A stretch of DNA of 64,000 nucleotides from Sphaerodactylus townsendi (taxonomy: Eukaryota): contig NC_059427.1 in assembly GCF_021028975.2 (NCBI RefSeq), positions 127,782,001-127,846,000 of the forward strand. The letters run 5' to 3'. The position numbers were made by a program, and so were the translations under genes. Within the stretch, counting starts at the first letter, position 1. Each line of letters begins with the position of its first letter. Positions 39,890 through 51,183 of the stretch are shown here, piece after piece. The notes under the pieces are model-generated. The model worked only from the letters and a program-made list of their open reading frames with translations, did not search any database and had not been told where the DNA came from.

Positions 39890-40475
39890 CCGTGTTTCCC
39901 CGAAAATAAGACAGGGTCTTATATTAATTTTTGCACCAAAAGATGCATTAGGGCTTATTTTCGGAATAGGGCTTATTTTAGGGGAAATACGGTATTTTCA
40001 CAATTCATTAAGGCGGGCTCTCGGCAGCCCCTGCTTCCCTGTCACATGTGATGTAAGCTGCATCCTCATTGGCAGGGAGCATTTTTTTTATTTTATTTAT
40101 TTATTTATTAAACTTTTATACCGCCCCATCCTCTAGGGGCTCTGGGCGGTGTACAGCATAAAACATGGTAAAACAAGTCACTAAAATCTTTAAAACAGCG
40201 GTAACAAACATTAATAGTAATCCATAAAATAGCTTAAAACTCATAAAACAGCAAAAAACCATAATACATAATAAAAGGCGTCCGACCCCAATTTAAAACC
40301 TACCCCCATGAGGGGGGATGGCAGGACCCCTCAATATGATCTGTAATCCTGATCTGTAACTACCAGTAGGGCTTATTTTTGGAGTAGGGCTTATATTTTA
40401 AGCTTCCCCAAAAAATCCTGAAAAATCATAATAGGTCTTATTTTCGGGGTAGGTCTTATTTTCAGGGAAACATGG
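39890..40475. mobile_element. Tc2/pogo-like MITE (same TIR as 32729) with an internal extra TIR-like end and a nested retroposon tail
   Basis: Same TIR with TA flanks. A TIR-like end lies at about 39972-39992 and a (TTTA)n-tailed insertion at about 40081-40340. Confidence 0.75.
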
Positions 40476-40537
40476 TATGTCAATTTGAATTGCAGATACT
40501 TAAGCTGGTATTCTTTGTCTTCCCATCTACATCCTAG

Positions 40538-40652
40538 GTATTTCAAGACTTGATGATCAAATCTTTCTGAACAGGAACCCGGGCATGCCCTCAGTAGTCA
40601 AGTTTCACCCATTCACCCCTTGTATAGCAGTGGCTGACAAAGACTGCATCTG
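40538..40652 (+). CDS. RPTOR: Raptor coding exon (start of WD40 propeller): (G)ISRLDDQIFLNRNPGMPSVVKFHPFTPCIAVADKDCI(C)
   Basis: cctAG acceptor and CTG|GTAAGA donor. 115 nt, phase 1->2. Translated by hand because the ORF track does not show it. Confidence 0.97.
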
Positions 40653-40966
40653 GTAAGAATCAGGATTATAAGGACTTACTTGGCACTGGTATTTCAAAGT
40701 GGCATAGGCATATCTGAGTTGATATCCTTCTCTTGTTTTTTGCCTTGTTTATGTCTACATTTGTTACAAATCCTTCTACTGCAATGTTAGCTGCATTGCT
40801 CCCTCTGCAGAAGCTGGAACTGTAATTAATCAAGAGATGCCAAATGCTCTCTGGAAAAAAAAGTCTAGTTTGAAGTCAGTCTGCAAACTAACTTTCTGTA
40901 ACTTGGGATAACTACATGGTATATGAGCCCACACATCTAATGTTGATTTTTTTCTCCCTTTCTTAG

Positions 40967-41091
40967 TTTTTGGGATTGGGAAAAGGGAGAGAAACTGGAT
41001 TATTTTCACAATGGAAACCCACGGTATACCAGGATCACTGCCATGGAGTATTTGAATGGACAAGACTGTTCTCTACTCTTGACTGCTACAG
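40967..41091 (+). CDS. RPTOR: Raptor coding exon (WD40): FWDWEKGEKLDYFHNGNPRYTRITAMEYLNGQDCSLLLTAT(D)
   Basis: CTAAT branch-like motif, pyrimidine tract, ttAG acceptor and CAG|GTCAGT donor. 125 nt, phase 2->1. Confidence 0.97.
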
Positions 41092-41275
41092 GTCAGTATG
41101 CACTTATTACAACAGGAGAATGTGAGAGACACTCCCAAGCATCAAAAAATGTTGGAGATTGGAGGAAGCACCAGTGCTAGGCTATCACCCCATGCCACTG
41201 GTTCTGACAGTGACTCCAGGAATCTACCCAGGACTTCTACCCTTTTCCACTGGCTCTCCCAACTCCACAGAGAGT

Positions 41276-41545
41276 GGAGCCAGTGTGGGGTAGTGGTTAA
41301 GAGCAAGTGGATTCTAATCTGGAGAACCAGATTGGATTCCCCACTACTCCTCCTGATTGGCGGAGGCTTGTCTGGTGAACCAGATGTGTTTCCACACTCC
41401 TACATTCTTCTGGGTGACCTTGGTCTAGTCACAGTTCTTCAGAAATATCTCAGCTCCATCTACCTCACAAGGTTTCTGCTGTGGGGAGAGGAAGGGAAAG
41501 GAGCTTGTAAGCGACCTTGAATCTCCTTTCAGGAAAGAAAGGTGG
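41276..41545 (+). mobile_element. tRNA-derived SINE
   Basis: A-box GTAGTGGTTAAGAGC, degenerate B-box, and body shared with 48744 and 49771. Confidence 0.8.
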
Positions 41546-42470
41546 TGGTTATTCCTCCTCCTCCTCCACCCCCCCACACCCCCCCCCCCCGCACTGGAAT
41601 TCTGTCATTGGAACTCCTGGCCTCTGCTTTAACCGTAGGAAGCAGTGGTAGAAGAGAAGGGAGGGGAGGGGAGAGGAATGCTGGGGAGAAGAGGAGGAGT
41701 CTCCAATTAGAATATCATATGCATACACACAGGGCTGATCTGAACCATAGCTGGGGTAAAGAAAAACCACGCTATGAGTACTAGAGGCCATTACAGAACA
41801 TAGGTCCAGGCATTTGGGGCTCTGTGACAGTCTCTTCCACTTTAACGCCAAATAGCAACAGTTAGTTTCAGAGCAGATTGTGTTTATGCAAATACCATTG
41901 CTGGGTGTATAATCATGACTTCACCCTGTGGGAACTTTATATGTATGAGTAGCTGAAAGAAATAGCATGCATGTGTACAGGGAGACAACCATCCTAAAAA
42001 CAGAGCCCTCCGAGGGTAGGGCGGTATACAAATCTCAGAAATAAATAAATAAATAAAAGCAGACTCTGTTCAATGCAGCAGACACCAATATTGTTCAAGT
42101 AAAAGCATGCATAAAGGGCTTCGGTGAAATTCCTTTGGAAACTATTGAACACAGTGCAGTTTACTTCAATTATTATTTTTTAGGCTTGTTTGCAATTAAG
42201 GTAGCAATAAAATTCCTATAGGAAATCATTCATATAGGTCCCAAACCTACCTGAACTCATGATTGCATTACAGTGGAATCCTAAACAGAGTTACACACTT
42301 CTAAACCCACTGACTTCAGTGGACTTGGAAAAGTGTAAATCTGCTTGGGAGTCCTCTCTTAATGTACCAAACCCTTGTCCACAAAACACACAAAAGAACT
42401 CTGTTCTTACTGACGGTGTTTGAATGTCGGTGCTAATATTACTTGAGTTGTGAATGGGTGTGTTCGTATG

Positions 42471-42601
42471 NNNNNNNNNNNNNNNNNNNNNNNNNNNNNN
42501 NNNNNNNNNNNNNNNNNNNNNNNNNNNNNNNNNNNNNNNNNNNNNNNNNNNNNNNNNNNNNNNNNNNNNNNNNNNNNNNNNNNNNNNNNNNNNNNNNNNN
42601 N
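42471..42601. other. Assembly gap (131 N)
   Basis: Run of N. The flanking exons are phase-compatible, so no canonical exon is missing here. Confidence 0.99.
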
Positions 42602-43915
42602 AGACCTGGACTGCACTCCCCCTTTGTCATGCTGTTCACAAGCTGAGCAAGATACTCTCAGCCTAACATTATTCACAGGGCTGTTGTAAAGAGCCATGCC
42701 TCTTTGAATGAGTGACAGGTTAAAAATCTAGCACATAAGTAAAACCGGGGGCGGGGGGGTTATATATCTTTCTTTGCCTGTGTTATGTTAAAATTAAAGT
42801 ATCTTCAGTGTCCTTGTCTGATCCCAAACCGATAAACTAATGAAAAGCATTGCTGAAAACATTTGCAGCCTGGAGTGGTATTCTCCATCAATGTTCCTCT
42901 CCAAACCACCTCCACTCAAAGCTGATACTTGTATATTTCCCTTTTTCCTGGGCTCATTTTAAACCTGTCAGACTAAGGATTTTCTATTGCTGAATTGTTT
43001 CACTTAATTAGGAAACTTTGGCAAAGGAATTGTGGTGCCTCTAAAGCATCCTTACCTCCCAAATCCCCCTGCTGATTCTTAAACACTGAAAACTTTTTTG
43101 TTGTTGGATGACAAGAGAGAGCAAATGAGGTGAAGGGTTGGTGAAACATGCTGTTCAAAACTGGAGCCATTTATGATAGCCATTGTGGTGTGGCGGTTAA
43201 TGACTTGACTTGAAATCCTCCCTCCCCCATGAGGAGCTCTGCATGACCTTGGGCTAGTCATCCTCTCTCTCAGCTTAACCTATTTCACAGAGGTTTTGCG
43301 AGACCCAAATGGGGAGCAGGACTGAATATGCTGCCCTGACCTCCTTGGAGGAAGGATGGGATTACAGTGAACTAGATGGATAAGTGCCTACCCCATTTTC
43401 AGGAGCAAGTGAAAAGAAAGAGCACTAGAAAGCAAAAAGATGGTTGAAGGCTCAGGAAGGAAGCACCTTTATTGTTAGATTGTTTCCTAATGGGTGTCTT
43501 TTTTTGAAAAAGGAGAAGGGGCTGCTCTAATTGACACTCCAGTCCAGAGAATCATGACAAGAGGAAAATGCTGGGTCGCGAAAGTTTGTTCCCTGTGATT
43601 GGGAGTCGGGGCCACTTGATAGTCTAACCCGCACTTTAAAAATAATTGGTTCGAAAGGGTTAGGGAGGAGCACAAACCTTTCTTAGCGGCCACTGATCTC
43701 CTTAGGGATGTCTGCTTTATGTTTGGAAAACCATTGTCTCATGGAGCCAGTCCCAAGCCCCATTAATTTTACATTAAAGCAGAATTGGTAATGGGGATGA
43801 GTAAATGACATTTAATTATGTGCTACTGTCCAGACTTTCTGTTCTCTGAATCTAATGCTTAATACATGGCGGAACTGGCACTGCCTTATGTTTTTCTTTC
43901 TGTCCTTCCTTGAAG

Positions 43916-44020
43916 ATGATGGTGCTATAAGAGTGTGGAAAAACTTTGCTGATCTGGAGAAGAATCCTGAGATGGTAACTGCCTGGCAGGGCTTATCAGA
44001 CATGCTGCCAACAACACGTG
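43916..44020 (+). CDS. RPTOR: Raptor coding exon (WD40): (D)DGAIRVWKNFADLEKNPEMVTAWQGLSDMLPTTR(G)
   Basis: Pyrimidine tract + AAG acceptor and GTG|GTAAGT donor. 105 nt, phase 1->1. Confidence 0.97.
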
Positions 44021-45743
44021 GTAAGTATGGGCCTGACAGCCTATCCAGATTTGAAGGGGTAAAAATAACTTGCAATAGCTTGTAATAGGGCTGAATAACC
44101 CGGCATAGTTTTCTCTGCTTCTGCCTTCAGTAACATCTGTTTAACTATCCTTTGGCCTTTATGGAGTGACCTGAAGAGAGATATCTTCTGCACCATACTT
44201 TTAAAAAGAAATCATTCTTTAATGGGTATTCCAGCCGGGAATAGAGGGGGATACTGTTTTTCCCGATGGTTCCAGATAAAGGGATGCAGTTGTGTTCTCC
44301 CACCTGGATTTCAGTGGAGTTGCATCACTGGAGATCAGATCTAACATTTGCTTCTAGGTGGAGAACTATCATGAAAGACACTGCCCTTCCTTGACCTCCT
44401 TCTGGCAGCTGGGTATCTCCTCTCAGTCCAGGGCTTGCCCAAGAGCTCACCCGTTGCCTCTATCCTTTTGGTTTGCTTGTTCACCCCACCCCCACCCCCC
44501 ACCCCCCCCAAAGCTTTGCATGCTTCCCATATGACCCTGCTCAGCCCGCCTTGACTTTAGCTCTGCTTGCAGTACTTCCTGCCATTCATTGGGGGAGGGG
44601 GGGAATTCAAAGGGAGAATCGGAAAGGTATATATCTAGGATGGCAGTATAGATATATGTAAATGGCCCAAGTAATTTAATGATCTAGGAAGGGCTAAATG
44701 GCAACAAGAGACCCCTCACGAAGCAAGCAAGTCCAGGAGGCCAATGCTGGGCTACATCATGAGTGCAGAACTTCTGTCAAACACTGTAATAGCACGAGGG
44801 CTCATTGGTGCTCTGACAGCTCTTGTTTCTGAGCTTGTGTATCTCAGCAGTCAAGCCTTGACAATAGCTTAAGTAAAAACTTCCTGTTGCTAATCTATTC
44901 TTTTGCTATTCCTTTTTTTAAAAAATGTGCTGGCGCAGCCCAAAAGCAGTAGCAGTTCTGACATGTCAAAATAAACATTTCTATCTTTTGAACATTTAGA
45001 ATTTTACATTTCAGCAGCATTGCCTACTTATTTTTCTTTAATGTCACTCTCCTTTCTTGCGTTGCCCTGTTTTTCCTGGGCAAGGCACCTTCAAGCTCTT
45101 CTTTCAGATTCACCTGCCAGCCTTCTCTCAGATCTCAAACCTTGACAGCTCTTATACTCTGTTCTCTCATTTAAAATTGTCTCATGGTGCTTTTATTTCT
45201 CTGCCTAATCTAGCCCAGCAATGAGAAAGCTGAGGTCCATTTGCTCTGAGCCCAAACTTCACAGTGTTGCATTACAAATGCAAGAAGTTGATTGCAAAAT
45301 GCAGGAAGTTAAATTTGCTGTGGCTGAAATCCTGCCACTTGCTACAAGTCATCAATAGTAGCCAGGAGAAACCTGCCGCTCTGGAAATTGTTGTGTTGCT
45401 CAGGGAAGAGAACAGAGTGCTCTGCTTTAGTCTCAAGTTGATCTCTCCAGGACTTGTCTTCACTGGTCCCTTCATATTTATTTAATGTTCGTTTAACATT
45501 CATCTTGCCTGAAGTGTCCTCAGCCATCCACCTGAGAATCAGAGTAACCACTCCGTTATTGCACAGTTCAGCTTGTTATATTAATTCATGTGTAGTTGTC
45601 CAGGTTAGTACCAAATACCACAAATACAAGAAATTAGTCCCAGAGCAGTGTGAAATTGTATCAAGAACTGGCAATAAAACCTGAGATCTAATCTTGAAGT
45701 ATAACATGTCAGAAAAAATATCATGGGGTATATCACCTTCTAA

Positions 45744-45950
45744 GAGCCAGTGTGATGTAGTGATTAAGAGCAGGTGGACTCTAATCTGGAGCACCAGATC
45801 AGAGTCCCCACTCCTCCACATGAAGTGTGGCGGGTGGCCTCAGAATTGTCAGCCCCTGCAAAAGCGATCATTGGCCAACTACCCCCAAATGTCTGTTGCC
45901 TTGAAAACCCTACGGAGTCTCCATAAGTCAACCTTTGACAGCACTTGACA
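45744..45950 (+). mobile_element. tRNA-derived SINE (shortened)
   Basis: GAGCCAGTGTGATGTAGTGATTAAGAGC head and TTGAAAACCCTACGG tail region. Confidence 0.65.
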
Positions 45951-46065
45951 CACATTATCTTCTATGCAAGTCCAGCAAAATGAGTAAACAGAGTTCACGT
46001 ATAAGTCCTAAAATGGCAATAGTATAATACATTTTCATTAGGATCAACCCGAATATTTGAGATTT

Positions 46066-46280
46066 AGTGGGGTATAGTGGTTAGAGTGCAGGACTGGAAA
46101 CGGGGAGTCCCAGGTTCAAATCTCTACTCTGCCACGAAAGCTTGCTGGGTGACCTTGGGCCAGCCAAACACCCTCATCCTAACCAACCACACAGGATTGT
46201 TGTGAGGATAAAATGGAGGAAAGCAGAATGGTATAAGCTGCTGTGGGAGAGATAGGGAATAAATTAGGTAAATCAATAAA
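46066..46280 (+). mobile_element. Older tRNA-derived SINE (MIR/L2-tail-like)
   Basis: TAGTGGTTAGAG A-box, GGTTCAAATC B-box and GGGTGACCTTGGGC core. Confidence 0.7.
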
Positions 46281-48743
46281 TGTCTGAAATTAATGAGCAA
46301 AGCTCTTGAGTTCCATGAAAGTCTTAATCAGAGCTGATGTTGAACAGGACAAAATGAGGAGGAAGGGGGGGCAGAGAAATGTTGCTGGGTTTGATAGAAA
46401 AGCCCTTCTATGTGCACAACTTAGATATTTGCATGCTAATTGCATTACACATTTGGTTGGTCTTAATAAAAAGTGTTACATTACTGTTATTTTTGGATTT
46501 TTAAAAACAAAATTTAGGTGCTCATCCATCTGAATCTCTCCTTGTCACAAATCATAGCAAAGTAAAAGCTTCTTTCAAAGGTAGCTGGTGTGTTTTCTTC
46601 AAAAGTTCAAGATTGAGCAAGAATCTGTTTCTACAAGCAGTTGATGGATGTTGCCCTGTAATGCCCTCACTTCTGATTTCAGCTATTTTTAGAAATTCTG
46701 TTTAGCCATGATCCCTTAAGTAGTTATTTCTTGTTATTTTGAGTTAGAGCACAGATACACTCCTAGAAATTGCATTTCAGTGGATTATATCTCAATTAAG
46801 TGAAATATGTACAAGTATATTTGTTTTTAACAAATGGATGACCAGCATAGAAACTGGTGTCTGTATGCAAACCCCGTGGCATCCTTGTGCTTTTCATTAA
46901 CCTGCCCACTGCTGCTATCATCTGCTTTACCAGTTTAAAAGACGAGACACACCAATATCTTGTCCATGCACCGGAAGTCTATTTAGAATTGCTCCAGCGT
47001 ATCCCACCATGAGGAGAGAAAGAAGAGGAAAATTATAAGGAAATGTACTCTAAAAAAGTTCAGCCATCATATTGGCATACAATGTACCCATGAAATATTG
47101 GATTGCAAATATAGTTAATTTTGAATAATGGACATTGTTTGTGTCTCAGGAATAAAGATACTGTCCTTACAAAGGCATTGTCAGTGTCAGCTACGAAGCA
47201 GGAAAATGTTGGCTATGCTTGACCGTCCCCCTCTTCACCCCCTTTTGCAACATCAGTAAGAGATGATCTGAACAGAGAGTGACAGAGGTTCCTTTATGCC
47301 ACCACCCTGTCTGATAATCCATCCATGCACTATGGTGTGGCTTTCCAGCCAGCCTCAGCCTCTCCGTTTTGATTAACAGTCGCTCTAAGGGAGGGCCGGT
47401 CGGCTTCCATGGCAGAATCTTTTTTCTGTCAAATGCTTTTTCAATCTTCGAGTTTGCTGTTATCTTTACATTCTGCTGTGGGGATGATAGGGGTGGCTCA
47501 GCACATGGACAACTTCGCTTGCAGCATAGACACAGGGCGAATGAAATGAGATTCTCAGTGGCAGTGGTTTGCAATAGAGTCTGCAGGTACGGCTCAGCAC
47601 AAAGTTGTAACATGCCTGGTGTCCCTCGGAGATCGTTATTTTCATGGCCTTAATATTCTCTGTCATGCTTCCCTCTTTGCATGACCAGAAGAAAACTATC
47701 AACGTTTCAGCAGCTCTTCTGGTGATTTCCCCCCCAGCTTCCTCCTGCACCTCCTAATGCTCTTGCTTCTGATGTAATCTTCTTGATGAGAACGAGGTCC
47801 CTGACCTCACCAGGGGATTGGATGAACAGCAGGAGCCGAGGACACTCTTAAGGAGTGGACATGACTGCTCTAAGTAAGCTTACTCATTTGTGAAGAGCAG
47901 GCTACGCTAGCTTAAGAGAGCTAGAAGGAAAGAAAGCATCTAACCGATCGTGTCATTCTTTCTCTGTAGCAGAACACTTGTTGGTCCCGCCCCCAAAGGC
48001 TTTAGTGCAGTGCTGACCATATATCACCATCACAAATAGGCTTTTTTCCTTAGCTTTGATTATTCCCTTTCTTGGCTTACATCCACCATCCAGAATAATT
48101 GTCTAGCTGGGGTGTAAAGCAGACAGAAGTAAATCTCATGTTGATTGTACTCTGACATTTTAGACTGAATCAAATGGAACCACAGGGCCTGTGCATTTTA
48201 TTATTATTATTTAATTAATTAATTAATTTAATATACCGCCCTATCCCCGAGGGGCTCATTTTGTGAGCTAACTCTGGTTCAGAGCTGACCTGATGTTAAT
48301 TTAATCACCATCTAATCAGAGTTGTCTGTAATGAAACACCCCGGGACTAGTGTAGGCATCACCAGAAGCAGTGTGCACATAATTCATATTGGGGGCAAAA
48401 AGATTGACATCCAAATACACCCAGTTCCTGGTCGTCATGGCTTTTGAGTGTTTGTCTTTGCCATTTGTCTGCTGCTTTGGACTGTTCTGTTAATCATGTC
48501 AACAGAACTGAGCAAGCATTTGTGTGTGTGTAGGAAGAGGGTGTTTCTAGGTTGTTTCTATACCAGTTCATTTATCTTAAAAAATTTGTGCAGTGGCTTT
48601 TAAAATAGAGGATCAAATCTAAAGGCAATGCAAACCTTGACTAAGCTTATGCTATGATAGGTTGCGGTCTAGGCAAGCTACTATGCCATCATAGGTAAGA
48701 GTGTTGTACTGTAACTAGGATAAGAAAGATCTCAGCTCAAATC

Positions 48744-48987
48744 GGAGCAGCAGTGGCATAGTGGTTAAGATCAGGTGCACTCTAATCTGGGGGACCGGGT
48801 TTGATTCCCTGCTCTGCCACTTGAGCTGTGGAGGTTTATCTGGTGAACTAGATTAACTTGTGCACTCCAACACTCTCAGCCCCACCCACCTCACATGGTA
48901 TTTGTTGTGGGGGGGAGGGAAAGGAAATTGTAAGCCCCTTTGAGTCTCCTTATAGGATAGGGGGGTATAAATCCAAAACTCTTCTTC
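48744..48987 (+). mobile_element. tRNA-derived SINE nested in an older SINE
   Basis: A/B boxes and short (TTC) tail. TCAAAT is repeated at the flanks, within the B-box of a decayed SINE. Confidence 0.75.
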
Positions 48988-49713
48988 AAATTCCCATTCA
49001 ATTATGAAGCTTACAGGATGATTTTGGGCCACTCTAGTATTCCCTGATCTACTTCACAGGATTTTTTTAGAATAAATGAAAGAAAACTGTGAGCTATACC
49101 CACTGGAAGAGTTCAGGCAGAGATGACAGAATCAGTCTTCCCATCGTTATTCAAGTATTCTGCCATTTGTCTCAAAACACTTCCCTGAGGACTGAAAGAC
49201 CCTTGCAAGCAAAATGAGCCATATTTTGGGGCACTGCAATAGCAACATGGAATCAACTAAAATCTGCTCTTTTGGCTGCTTCTGCTTAGGTAAGCCGTGA
49301 ACAGAAAGCAAAGGGGGACATTTTACTTGATTTCTGATTATCACTGCAGCCCCTCCCACCACTCCACCTCCATCCATGGAGCATCTTGCTGGAGAGGCCC
49401 CTTGTGGTCCTCAGCAGTTCCAGGACAAATGGCACACTGCCTGAAGAAGGGAAAGAGGAGGCAAGATCCATTCCTCCCAACACTTTCCCATGAACTCTTC
49501 CACTCACTCCAGCCCAGTGTATGTTTTCCTGAGCTCAATGAAGAAAAAGTGGGATTTAAAAAGTCATAGTTTCATTTTAGTTACACTGTGGCAGACTTTG
49601 CAGTGTTGAAAGGCCAATGCTGGTTTGTGTGAAGGTCATACAAGAGTCCATGTAGAACACAAAGTCAGTTTCTGATACAAATAAGTTACTTTAGATGAAT
49701 GGTTTAGCAGAAA

Positions 49714-49770
49714 GGAGGAGGAGGAGGAGGAGGAGGAGGAGGAGGAGGAGGAGGAGGAGGAGGAGGAGGA
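49714..49770. repeat. (GGA)19 microsatellite
   Basis: Read directly from the sequence. Confidence 0.95.
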
Positions 49771-50033
49771 ATTTGGATTTATACCCCACCTTTCTCTACT
49801 GTATGGAGACTCAAGATGGCTTACAAGCTCCTTTTCCTTCCTCTCCCCATAACACCTTGTGAGGTAGGTGGGGCTGAGAGGGTTCCAAAGAACCGTGACT
49901 AGCCCAGGATCACCCATCAGGAATGCAGGAGCGTGGAAGCATATCTGGGTCACTCAGGTGGAGGAGTGAGGAATCAAACCTGGTTCTCCAGATTAGAATC
50001 CACCTATTCTTAACCACAACACCACACTGGCTC
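49771..50033 (-). mobile_element. tRNA-derived SINE (antisense)
   Basis: Reverse complement of the 41276/48744 family. Its tail expands into the adjacent GGA repeat. Confidence 0.8.
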
Positions 50034-51135
50034 TCAGAAAGCACAGAATAAGCTGTTAGCTAGGCCTCGAAACTGGTACGAAGAAGACATGTCACTTCCT
50101 CTGAGCATAATTACCATTCTGTATAATAATACTTGCTCCAAACAAATTTGTGAAGGACAAGCGGGGCAAGTAACAGTCTTTTCCTGGGTGACATTGGCAG
50201 CCCACCTAGCCAAGGTTTTTGTCTGCCTGCGATCAGTAATGGATGTTAGCAGTCTGTACAGCAAATCATCTTGTTCAAGGGGATCCCCTACTCTTGAAAT
50301 GGGGCTGTGTGTTTCTGTCAACTCGCTTTCCGTTCTCTCAGATTTAAATAAGTGAACTAGACCTACTTGGACAGAACAAGCCGGTTCTCTTGCTCAAATA
50401 CATGGTGTTCTGTGGCAAAGCCCAAGGACAGCTAACCTCAGTATGTATTTCTAATGCCATATCTTTATCGCTGTACTGCTGCCACCACCCTCAGCTCTTC
50501 TCATTATCCAGCTTTCTTTCCGATGACTTCAAATGAATCCTCTCGTACCACTAATTTCCCCCACTTAAGCAGTTGTTTGAGCACAGCCTCTGTAAATTGC
50601 TCTGCCTGTCTGACGAGGGCTCATTAGCAAATCATTGAAGCGCACTGAATTGGAGCCCATTAGACTGTTTCACAACCAAGCTGATGGCTCAGTGTGTGAG
50701 GCCTAAACAACACATACGTCCTGTTTTGTGTTTATCTTTCTCCAAGCAGGTGTTTTATGCTGAGGGTCAATTAGAGCAGTTTTTCATTTCTCACTCTCCC
50801 TTAGCAATGGAGGTGTTTTGATCTAGGTCAATGGGAAGGGGTCGTTCTTAGAGGAGAAAATTGCCAACAATATGGAGATAGGAGCAAAAAGAAAAAGGGG
50901 AAAAAAGTGCAATCTTGTTTTTCTCCCCATGGTTAATGGCTTCCAAGGACGGCTGCAGTGTTCAAGCTATTTGTCTGCCTTTGTTCCTAAATGGAGACCT
51001 CTTCTGCTTCTCTCTTAACTGTGTCCTTTTCTGTTCCTTTTGGGTTGCTTTTTCTAATCCTTTTTTAAGATTTGTTTTGCTTTGGCTGACAAACTTACCC
51101 TTAGCATCAACCCCTTAATCCCTGTCTTCTCACAG

Positions 51136-51183
51136 GTCTGACCCGAAGGGTTTCAATCTATCTTGACAGAAGTAAACAGGGAG
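51136..51183 (+). CDS. RPTOR: Putative alternatively spliced 48-nt cassette exon of Raptor: (G)LTRRVSIYLDRSKQG
   Basis: About 140-nt pyrimidine-rich upstream tract, CCTTAAT branch-like motif, ttctcacAG acceptor and GAG|GTGAGT donor. 48 nt, phase 1->1, open in the Raptor frame. Confidence 0.75.

Noticed and set aside
41276-41345. tRNA-gene-like A/B boxes (also at 46066, 48744 and 18568)
   Set aside because: They continue into SINE bodies and lack an intact cloverleaf, so they are SINE heads rather than tRNA genes.
42407-42697. ORFs spanning the N run
   Set aside because: Assembly-gap artefacts.
43913-43915. AAG 3' splice site
   Set aside because: Less common than YAG but canonical, and required by the reading frame.
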